Shown here: positions 29,459-36,150 of the stretch, in pieces
How the letters are laid out: the number at the start of each line of letters is the position of its first letter
Position numbering within the stretch: the first letter of the stretch is position 1
Origin: a bacterium
GTDB taxonomy: Bacteria > Patescibacteriota > Minisyncoccia > Minisyncoccales > PWPS01
Direction of reading: 5' to 3'
NCBI GenBank assembly: GCA_018400405.1
Contig: JAGYMX010000002.1
Location: 1 to 36,150, forward strand
Length of the DNA stretch: 36,150 nt
Program-made: the position numbers and the translations under genes
The notes under the pieces: model-generated
The model's database searches: none
What the model was told of the DNA's origin: nothing
What the model saw: the letters and a program-made list of their open reading frames with translations, nothing else

Positions 29459-29802
29459 TGGAGATGGGGGGATTGATCCCCCGTCCGGAACTTCAAAAAA
29501 AATAATTCTACAGGATTATCCCGATTCAGTAACGGCAAGATATAAATCGGGCAAAAATCTTGTCGTTTGGCTTTTTTAGCTTCAAAGATAAAAGGTAAAG
29601 CCGTTTCCTTTTATCTTCTATCCTCATATATGACACCTTTTCTACCTATGAGGAATCGGTAGAGAGGCGCCTACATTACGCTAATGCTAACGCAGGTTCC
29701 TTTTTGAATAAGTTGACACTTATTTTTAAGGTTGCAAGTTTAGCGAGATTACGCTCGTCCTGCCTTATTTTCTCCGGGAACTCCGTCGAAACGAACATCC
29801 CC
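29459..29802 (-). ncRNA. ssrA: tmRNA (SsrA), one-piece, no encoded CCA
   Basis: Minus strand 5' GGGGATGTTCGTTTCGACGGAGTTCCCGG… and 3' …GGACGGGGGATCAATCCCCCCATCTCCA. The acceptor GGGGATG/CATCTCC carries the G3:U70 pair. Internal tag frame …GAA CCT GCG TTA GCA TTA GCG TAA (…EPALALA*). Lies directly downstream of smpB. Confidence 0.9.
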
Positions 29803-29817
29803 ATTTTTTGCCTTCAT

Positions 29818-29846
29818 AATATACACGAAAAAGAACTATCCGTCAA
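29818..29846 (-). promoter_or_regulatory. Sigma70-like promoter for ssrA (TTGACG-17 nt-TATATT)
   Basis: Minus strand: TTGACG (29846-29841), 17-nt spacer, TATATT (29823-29818). Lies 15 nt upstream of mature tmRNA G1, consistent with a short RNase P-processed leader. Confidence 0.55.
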
Positions 29847-29924
29847 TAGGCACAGTTTTTTAAAGAAATTTCACTCTAAAATTTTGTTATTTAAAAAAGT
29901 ACGGATAAGAAAAACTTTTTTAAG

Positions 29925-30380
29925 CTATCTTTTGTTTTTTTCAAATCTTCTTAATTTTTTATCAATTTCTCTTTTTTTTATTGTATCTCTTTTATCATAT
30001 TTTTTCTTTCCTTTTGCTACTCCCAACTCTAACTTTAAAAGATTTTTTTTAGAGTATATCCGTAAAGGGATAAGAGTTACTCCTCTTTCTTTTTCTTTCC
30101 CAAACAGATAATCAATTTCGTTTTTCTGCAAAAGAAGCTTGCGGTCTCTTCTGGGGTTATAATCTTTTGGTGTGTTACGTTGCTGATAAGGGGAAATATT
30201 GCAGTTTACAAGAAAACACTCTCCATTTTTTACTGTGATATAAGAACCGACAAGAGTTGCTTTTTTCTTTCTTAATGCTTTTACTTCGTGACCAAACAAA
30301 ACTAAACCCGCCTCCATTTTCTCTATTATGTGGTAGTCAAAATTTGCTTTTTTATTTTTTATTAACTCTTCCATAAGCAT
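29925..30380 (-). CDS. smpB: SsrA-binding protein SmpB
   Basis: 151 aa. …NKKANFDYHIIEKMEAGLVLFGHEVKALR…LVGSYITVKNGECFLVNCNISPYQ…NPRRDRKLLLQKNEI…ERGVTLIPLRIY is a canonical SmpB. Confidence 0.92.
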   Translation of the reverse strand: MLMEELIKNKKANFDYHIIEKMEAGLVLFGHEVKALRKKKATLVGSYITVKNGECFLVNCNISPYQQRNTPKDYNPRRDRKLLLQKNEIDYLFGKEKERGVTLIPLRIYSKKNLLKLELGVAKGKKKYDKRDTIKKREIDKKLRRFEKNKR

Positions 30381-30499
30381 TATTTTAACATAAAATACTT
30401 TAAAGAGTGTGTTTTTATTTTTCTGATAAGACTTTTTGGTGTTTTTGGTGGACAGCAGAAGAGAAATAAGATAAAATTACTTTTATAAAATGAAAATTT

Positions 30500-32134
30500 A
30501 TGAAGGAAAAGATAGAAAAAATCTTAAAAGAAAAGACAGGAGAAGAAGTAAAAGTAGAAAAAGCTCCTTTGGGTTATGGAGATTATGCGACAAATATTGC
30601 TCTTTTACTGGGGAAGAAAGAAAAAAAAGATTCGCGGGAAGTAGCAGAAGAGATAAAAAAAAGCATAAAAAGCCCTCTTTTTGAGAAAGTAGAAGAAAAA
30701 AATGGATTTTTAAACTTTTTTCTTTCTTTGGAAGCATTAAGAGATGAGTTTTTTGAGGTTCTAAAGAAAGAAAAAGACTATGGGAAAGAAAAATGTAAAA
30801 AAATAGTGGTGATCGATTACTCCTCTCCAAATATTGCAAAATCATTTGGGATAGGACATCTACGCTCGACAATCATCGGCCATTCTCTTTATAAGATTTA
30901 CCAGTTTTTAGGATGGAAAGCAGTAGGTATAAATCATTTGGGAGACTGGGGAACACAGTATGGAAAACTTCTCTACCAGATAAAAAAAGAAGGAAAAGAT
31001 CCCGAAAAACTTTCTATAAGAGAGTTAGAAGATCTCTATATTCGCTTTCACAAAGAGGCAGAAAAAGATCCGAAGATGGAAGAAGAAGGCAGAAGATGGT
31101 TTTCACTTCTTGAGAAAGGAGATAAAGAGGCAAAAAGGATCTGGGAAGTATGTCGGGAAAAAAGTCTTGTAGAGTTTGAAAAAATTTATCGTGATTTAGA
31201 AGTAAAGATAGATTACTGCTTGGGAGAGAGTTTTTATGAAGGTAAGTTGGAGGAAGTAATAAAAGAAGCAAAAGAAAAAAAAGTAGCAAAAGAGAGTAAG
31301 GGAGCTTTTATTATAGAGTTTGAGAATATGCCTCCAGCAATGATTTTAAAATCTGATAGAAGCACAACCTATCTTACACGTGATTTAGCAGCAGCAAAAT
31401 ACCGATTAAAAAGATTTTCTCCGGATCTTTTTATTTATGAAGTAGGAGCAGATCAGATCCTTCACTTGAAACAGCTTTTTTCTGCAGTAGAAAAATTAGG
31501 GTGGGCAGATAAAGAAAGGTTTGTACATGTTCCTCACGGTATGTTTCGCCTAAAGGAAGGGAAGTTTTCTACAAGGAAAGGAAGAACAGTGCACTTAGAA
31601 GATGTTCTTTCAATGGCAAAAGAAAAAGCGGAAAAAATTATTGAAAACTCCTCAACAGCGAGAGATATCTCCTTAGAAGAAAAGAAAAAATTAGCAAAAA
31701 TTGTAGGTATTGGTGCAGTAAAGTATAACGATTTAAAAAGACACCACAAAAGAGATGTTCTTTTTGACTGGGATCAAATTTTGTCTCTTAAAGGAGATTC
31801 TGGTCCGTATCTACAGTATACTTGTGTGCGGTGTAAAAGTATTATAAAAAAGGCAAAAGAAGTGCGGAGTGAAATAAAAGATTTAAATAGCGAAGAAAGA
31901 AAAATTGTAAAAAGAATAATTCAATTTAAGGAAACAGTAGAGCTTGCCGCAGAAACTTTTTCACCAAACATTATTGCGGAATATGCTTTTAAGCTTGCGA
32001 AAGAGTTTAACTCTTTTTACGACACATACCCGATTCTGGGAAACGCGAAAAGAGTAGCAGTTACAAAAGCAGTTCTTATTATTCTTGAAAACTCTTTAAA
32101 TTTGCTTACAATATCTGTCCCAGAAAAAATGTAA
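30500..32134 (+). CDS. argS: Arginine--tRNA ligase
   Basis: 544 aa. …VIDYSSPNIAKSFGIGHLRSTIIGHSL… (HIGH-type), …GKFSTRKGRTVHLEDVL… (KMSK-like), DALR anticodon-binding C-terminus …IIAEYAFKLAKEFNSFYD…. Confidence 0.92.
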   Translation: MKEKIEKILKEKTGEEVKVEKAPLGYGDYATNIALLLGKKEKKDSREVAEEIKKSIKSPLFEKVEEKNGFLNFFLSLEALRDEFFEVLKKEKDYGKEKCKKIVVIDYSSPNIAKSFGIGHLRSTIIGHSLYKIYQFLGWKAVGINHLGDWGTQYGKLLYQIKKEGKDPEKLSIRELEDLYIRFHKEAEKDPKMEEEGRRWFSLLEKGDKEAKRIWEVCREKSLVEFEKIYRDLEVKIDYCLGESFYEGKLEEVIKEAKEKKVAKESKGAFIIEFENMPPAMILKSDRSTTYLTRDLAAAKYRLKRFSPDLFIYEVGADQILHLKQLFSAVEKLGWADKERFVHVPHGMFRLKEGKFSTRKGRTVHLEDVLSMAKEKAEKIIENSSTARDISLEEKKKLAKIVGIGAVKYNDLKRHHKRDVLFDWDQILSLKGDSGPYLQYTCVRCKSIIKKAKEVRSEIKDLNSEERKIVKRIIQFKETVELAAETFSPNIIAEYAFKLAKEFNSFYDTYPILGNAKRVAVTKAVLIILENSLNLLTISVPEKM

Positions 32135-32149
32135 AAAATATTTAAAAAA

Positions 32150-35122
32150 ATGGCAGAAAAGAAAAAAGAAAATTTTAAAAATCCTTTTGTAGAAATGGAA
32201 GAAGGTGTCTTGGATTTTTGGGAGAAAAATAAGATTTTTGAAAAATCGCTAGAAAAGGATGCTCCCAACGGAGAGTATACTTTTTATGATGGTCCTCCTT
32301 TTGCCACAGGATTACCTCATTATGGGCACTTGGTAGCAAGTATTATGAAAGATGCTATTCCACGGTACTGGACGATGAAAGGTTATAGAGTAGAAAGAAG
32401 ATGGGGGTGGGATTGTCATGGTCTTCCCGTGGAAAATCTTGCGGAAAAAGAGATGGGTCTAAAAAACAAAAGAGACATTGAAGGCGTAGGGATAGAAAAA
32501 TTTAATAACTACTGTAAAAGTATTGTGCTTCGTTACGCCTTAGAGTGGAAGAAAACAATCAGAAGAATTGGACGCTGGGTTGATATGGAGAACGATTATA
32601 AAACAATGAACCTGGAATATACAGAGTCTATCTGGTGGGTATTTAAAAAACTTTGGGAAAAAAACTTGATATATAAGGATTACAAATCAATGCACATCTG
32701 TTCGCGGTGTGGGACAACACTTTCCAATTTTGAAGTGGGGATTGGGTATAAAGAAATAGAAGATTTTGCGGTTACGGTAAAATTTAAATTAAAAGAAGAA
32801 GATGCCTATATTTTGGCTTGGACAACAACTCCATGGACTCTTGTGGGCAATGTTGCACTTGCTGTTGGAGAAAATATTTCTTATGTGATTGTTTCTTTTA
32901 AAGGAGAAAGATATATTTTGGCAGAGGAAAATATAGAAGATATTTTTGAAGAGAAAGATATTAAAGTTGAGAAAAAAATAAAAGGGAAAGATCTTCTTGG
33001 GAAAACATACGAACCTCTTTTTAAATATTATTTTAAAGATGAAAAGTTAAAAGAAAGAGAAAACGGGTGGAAAATTTATGGAGGTAACTTTGTTACTGTA
33101 GAAGAAGGAACAGGCGTTGTTCATATTGCTCCTGCTTTTGGAGAAGATGATATGGAGATGAGGAAAAAATATAATCTTCCCTTTGTGCAACACATTGATA
33201 TGGATGGAAGGTTCAAAAAAGAAGTAAAAGAGTTTGCTGGATTAGAGGCAAAGCCAAAAGAAGATCACACAACAACCGATGAAAAGATAATTAGTTATTT
33301 AGAGAGAAAGGAAAAAGTTTTTAAAAAAGAGAAATATGTTCACAGTTATCCTCACTGTTGGCGTTGTGAAACTCCTCTTTTAAATTATGCCACAGAGTCG
33401 TGGTTTGTGAAGGTTACAAAGATTAAAAAAGATCTTTTAGAAAATAATAAGAAAGTAAACTGGGTTCCTGAACATGTAAAGATGGGAAGATTTGGAAAGT
33501 GGATAGAGCAGGCACGTGATTGGGCGATTAGCCGAAATCGCTACTGGGGCGCTCCCTTGCCCGTTTGGGAGTGTAAAAATAAAAACAAAGAAGGAAAGGA
33601 GTGTAAAAATGTAAAAGTCGTTGGATCTCTTGAAGAGCTAGAAGAACTTAGTGGAAAAAAGATAGAAGATTTACACCGTCCGTGGATTGATGATGTCGTT
33701 TTTTCTTGCGAAAAATGTGGAGGAGAGATGAGACGTGTTCCGGAGGTTTTGGACTGTTGGTTTGAATCTGGCTCAATGCCTTATGCGCAAGCAAACTACA
33801 CAGGAAATTCCTTAGAAAAATTTGATCCGGAAAAAGGGAAAAACTTTCCTGCTCAATTTGTTGCTGAAGGAATGGATCAGACCAGAGGATGGTTTTATAC
33901 TCTTATGGTTTTAAGCACAGCACTTTTTGATAAACCAGCATTTGAAAATGTTATTGTAAATGGGATTGTTCTTGCGCAAGACGGACAAAAGATGAGCAAA
34001 TCAAAAGGGAACTATCCCGATCCTGCTTTTGTTTTTGAAAAATTCGGTGTAGATGCTTTGCGAAACTATCTTTTAGCTTCTCCCGTCTTAATTGGAGAAA
34101 ATCTTAATTTTTCTGAGAAAGGAGTTTTAGAAGTGTTCCGAAAAAATATTATGCTTCTTTGGAATGTTGTAAAGTTTTATAAAATGTTTGCAGAAAAAGA
34201 AAATTATTTTGTAAAAGACGACAAAGAAAATGTTTCAAAAAGAGAAAATATTCTTGATAGATGGATCACTGCACGAATGGAGGAAACAGTAAAAAGAACA
34301 TCGGAAAGTTTTGAAAATTACAACATCCCTCCCGCATGTCAAGAGATAACATCTTTTATAGACGATCTTTCCACATGGTACATTAGAAGATCTAGGGAAA
34401 GATTTAAAGGAGAAAACAGAGAAGACGCAGAAGATGCTCTTCGGACAACAGGATTTGCTTTGTATCAGATAGCAAGGGTTTCTGCGCCAATAATGCCATT
34501 TATTGCGGAAAGTATTTTTCAAACCGTAACAGAGAAAAATTTTAAAGATGATGAAAGCTCTGTTCATCTTCTCTCATATCCAGAAACAAAAAGATCTTGT
34601 AATGAAAAACTGTTAAAAGAAATGCAAGAAGTGCGCGAGGTGGTTTCTTTGGGGCTAAAGAAAAGATCGGAGGCAGGAATTAAGGTGCGACAACCTCTTT
34701 CTCTTTTAACCGCCTTTTCTTTTAATATTGAAAAGTCAGAAGAGAGAGAAGCTCTTTCTTTCTTAATAAAAGAAGAGCTAAATGTAAAAAAAGTAATCTT
34801 TAAAAAAGGAAAAGAAAAAAATGTTGAGATTGACACAGAAATAACACCAGAGCTCAAAGAAGAAGGAAATATCCGTGAGATAACAAGGGTAATACAGAAT
34901 ATGAGAAAAGAGGCAGATCTTGTTCCTGAAGAAAAGATAACACTTTTTTTTGAAGGAAGATTTTTCAAAGAAGTGCTTTTTAATTGGAAAAGTTATTTTA
35001 AAAAAGAAGGAGGATTAAAAGAAATAAAAGAGATAGTAGACAAAATACCAGAAAATTTAGTTGCACAAAAAGAAGTAGAAGTTGATGGAAAAAAACTTTT
35101 TTTAGGGATTAAAAGGTTTTAA
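32150..35122 (+). CDS. ileS: Isoleucine--tRNA ligase (type 2 / eukaryote-like form)
   Basis: 990 aa. FYDGPPFATGLPHYGHL (HIGH), WDCHGLPVE, editing-domain insert, WAISRNRYWGAPLPVW, QKMSKSKGN (KMSKS), Cys clusters CWRCETP… and CEKCGGEM…. Confidence 0.93.
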   Translation: MAEKKKENFKNPFVEMEEGVLDFWEKNKIFEKSLEKDAPNGEYTFYDGPPFATGLPHYGHLVASIMKDAIPRYWTMKGYRVERRWGWDCHGLPVENLAEKEMGLKNKRDIEGVGIEKFNNYCKSIVLRYALEWKKTIRRIGRWVDMENDYKTMNLEYTESIWWVFKKLWEKNLIYKDYKSMHICSRCGTTLSNFEVGIGYKEIEDFAVTVKFKLKEEDAYILAWTTTPWTLVGNVALAVGENISYVIVSFKGERYILAEENIEDIFEEKDIKVEKKIKGKDLLGKTYEPLFKYYFKDEKLKERENGWKIYGGNFVTVEEGTGVVHIAPAFGEDDMEMRKKYNLPFVQHIDMDGRFKKEVKEFAGLEAKPKEDHTTTDEKIISYLERKEKVFKKEKYVHSYPHCWRCETPLLNYATESWFVKVTKIKKDLLENNKKVNWVPEHVKMGRFGKWIEQARDWAISRNRYWGAPLPVWECKNKNKEGKECKNVKVVGSLEELEELSGKKIEDLHRPWIDDVVFSCEKCGGEMRRVPEVLDCWFESGSMPYAQANYTGNSLEKFDPEKGKNFPAQFVAEGMDQTRGWFYTLMVLSTALFDKPAFENVIVNGIVLAQDGQKMSKSKGNYPDPAFVFEKFGVDALRNYLLASPVLIGENLNFSEKGVLEVFRKNIMLLWNVVKFYKMFAEKENYFVKDDKENVSKRENILDRWITARMEETVKRTSESFENYNIPPACQEITSFIDDLSTWYIRRSRERFKGENREDAEDALRTTGFALYQIARVSAPIMPFIAESIFQTVTEKNFKDDESSVHLLSYPETKRSCNEKLLKEMQEVREVVSLGLKKRSEAGIKVRQPLSLLTAFSFNIEKSEEREALSFLIKEELNVKKVIFKKGKEKNVEIDTEITPELKEEGNIREITRVIQNMRKEADLVPEEKITLFFEGRFFKEVLFNWKSYFKKEGGLKEIKEIVDKIPENLVAQKEVEVDGKKLFLGIKRF

Positions 35123-35127
35123 AGCTT

Positions 35128-35835
35128 ATGTTTACGCACTACCGCACAGAAGGGGTTCTTCTCCAAAAAAAAATTCTTGGAGAAGGAGATGAGCTTCTTA
35201 TTTTTTATACTCGCGATTTTGGAAAGGTGACTGTTCTAGGAAAGTCTATAAAAAAGGGAAACTCAAAATTAAAAACACAGACAATGCTTTTTTCTCATGT
35301 GGAAATTAGTTTTATCCAAGGGAAAAACTACAATACGCTTACTGATGCAAAGACTTTAAACTTTTTTAAAAAATCAAGGAATATACTTGGAAAGCTTTCT
35401 CTTTTTTACCGAATTACGGAAACGATAGATTTTTTTATTCATGGAGAAGAAAAAGATGAGAAAATTTTTTCTTTTCTTTTAAGTTGTTTTAAAAAAATAG
35501 AACACTCAAGAATGGGAGAAAAAGAATTAAAACTTTTTTTCTGTTTCTTTTCATTTCGTTTACTTTATTTTTTGGGTTATAAGGTGTATATTGAAAAATG
35601 CGTATTTTGTAAAAAAAGGGTAAGTAGTGGATACTTTAATCCAAAAGAAGGAGGACTGGTTTGTGCGAAGTGTTTTAAAAAAGATCCTTTTGGAATTTAT
35701 CTTCAAGATACAGATATTTTAAAGTGTTTTTTTAAAAATGATTTTAGAAAAATTTTTTCGCAAGACTCAAAGTTATGTATGAACATCTTAGAAAGCTACT
35801 TTAATTTTTTGCCTCAAAAAAGTGTTTCTGTCTAA
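35128..35835 (+). CDS. recO: DNA repair protein RecO
   Basis: 235 aa. N-terminal OB fold (…TEGVLLQKKILGEGDELLIFYTRDFGKVTVLGKSIKK…) and zinc-finger-like CVFCKK…(x17)…CAKC. Confidence 0.85.
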   Translation: MFTHYRTEGVLLQKKILGEGDELLIFYTRDFGKVTVLGKSIKKGNSKLKTQTMLFSHVEISFIQGKNYNTLTDAKTLNFFKKSRNILGKLSLFYRITETIDFFIHGEEKDEKIFSFLLSCFKKIEHSRMGEKELKLFFCFFSFRLLYFLGYKVYIEKCVFCKKRVSSGYFNPKEGGLVCAKCFKKDPFGIYLQDTDILKCFFKNDFRKIFSQDSKLCMNILESYFNFLPQKSVSV

Positions 35836-35853
35836 AAATTTAAAAAACTCTAT

Positions 35854-35913
35854 TTGGAGAATTAAAAATAAAATATGTTTAATTTAGAGAATTAAAAATA
35901 AAATATGTTTAAT
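35854..35913 (+). repeat. 30-bp tandem duplication of a translation-initiation region
   Basis: 35854-35883 ttggagaattaaaaataaaatatgtttaat and 35884-35913 ttagagaattaaaaataaaatatgtttaat differ at one base (g35856 versus a35886). Confidence 0.9.
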
Positions 35914-36150
35914 GACAAAAATTTAAAAAAAATAATTTTAGTTCTTATTGGGCTTATTATTCTTACTGGAGCCTTAGGATATTTTTATTATAAAAGAAAT
36001 GTTTTTGGTCAAGACAAACTTCGTTTTGAAATTACAGCCCCAGAAACTGTAAAAATGGGAGAAGAGGTAGAGTATATACTGCGCTATAAAAACAATAGCG
36101 ATGTTCGTTTAGAAGAGACTTCCAGTTTTTCATGGACAAACCGAGACTTA
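35905..36150 (+). CDS. Hypothetical N-terminally membrane-anchored protein (3' end outside window)
   Basis: ATG 35905: MFNDKNLKKIILVLIGLIILTGALGYFYYKRNVFGQDKLRFEITAPETVKMGEEVEYILRYKNNSDVRLEE… is open to the window end. Not in the ORF track because there is no stop. Confidence 0.5.
   Translation, partial: MFNDKNLKKIILVLIGLIILTGALGYFYYKRNVFGQDKLRFEITAPETVKMGEEVEYILRYKNNSDVRLEETSSFSWTNRDL

Noticed and set aside
29704-30111. 135-aa plus-strand ORF. Related ORFs lie at 28804-29211, 28916-29134 and 29257-29448.
   Set aside because: They lie antisense to tmRNA, smpB and infC, all of which are well supported.
35854-35913. The two 30-bp direct repeats considered as a possible CRISPR fragment
   Set aside because: There are only two copies and they are directly abutting with no spacer. 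They contain an SD and ATG, and no cas genes or further repeats are present. This is a tandem duplication.
1-36150. Alternative genetic code (TGA recoding as in some CPR lineages) and mobile or defence elements
   Set aside because: All conserved genes are intact under the standard code, and TGA closes infC exactly where rpmI starts. I found no transposase, integrase, terminal inverted repeats, toxin-antitoxin pairs, restriction-modification genes or cas genes.

Overview
This is an AT-rich, densely packed bacterial chromosomal segment read in the standard genetic code. TAA and TAG stops dominate, and the single TGA stop closes infC. I saw no rRNA, CRISPR array, transposase or integrase.

Most of the window is housekeeping:
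- RNA metabolism: rpsO, an NYN-domain gene and pnp; cca; nusA; rny; smpB and ssrA (tmRNA).
- Translation: tyrS, argS, ileS, infC-rpmI-rplT, rpsT.
- DNA and proteolysis: a stand-alone 5'-3' exonuclease, mutM, holA, ruvA, recO, clpP.
- Envelope and membrane: a murE-like ligase, a NIF3-like protein, MgtC, small membrane proteins.
- Six tRNA genes: Lys-CTT, Arg-TCG, Pro-CGG, Ala-CGC, Gly-TCC, Pro-TGG. None of them, nor the tmRNA, encodes its 3' CCA.

Several traits fit a streamlined, Candidate-Phyla-Radiation/Patescibacteria-like genome, but this is inference and not proven. These traits are Glu/Lys-rich tails on core proteins, a type IV pilin-like protein, a small Cys-containing T4SS-pilin-like protein and a bacterial Elp3.

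The most unusual content is a roughly 5.7-kb soluble signalling module at 13487-19216. It holds four tandem paralogous ~200-aa proteins with a V4R/DUF2378-like C-terminal signature. These are tightly coupled to a PAS/coiled-coil protein and a membrane-less PAS-PAS histidine kinase. Two receiver-only response regulators follow under their own promoter.

A second notable item is a head-to-head Elp3 (radical-SAM/GNAT) and Trm9-like methyltransferase pair, which suggests a eukaryote/archaeon-style (m)cm5U34 tRNA wobble pathway.

Several regulatory oddities are also reported:
- terminator-like hairpins placed between promoters and nusA, rny and rpsT
- a long structured leader or small gene upstream of rny
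- a non-ATG infC start
- a duplicated translation-initiation region at the window end
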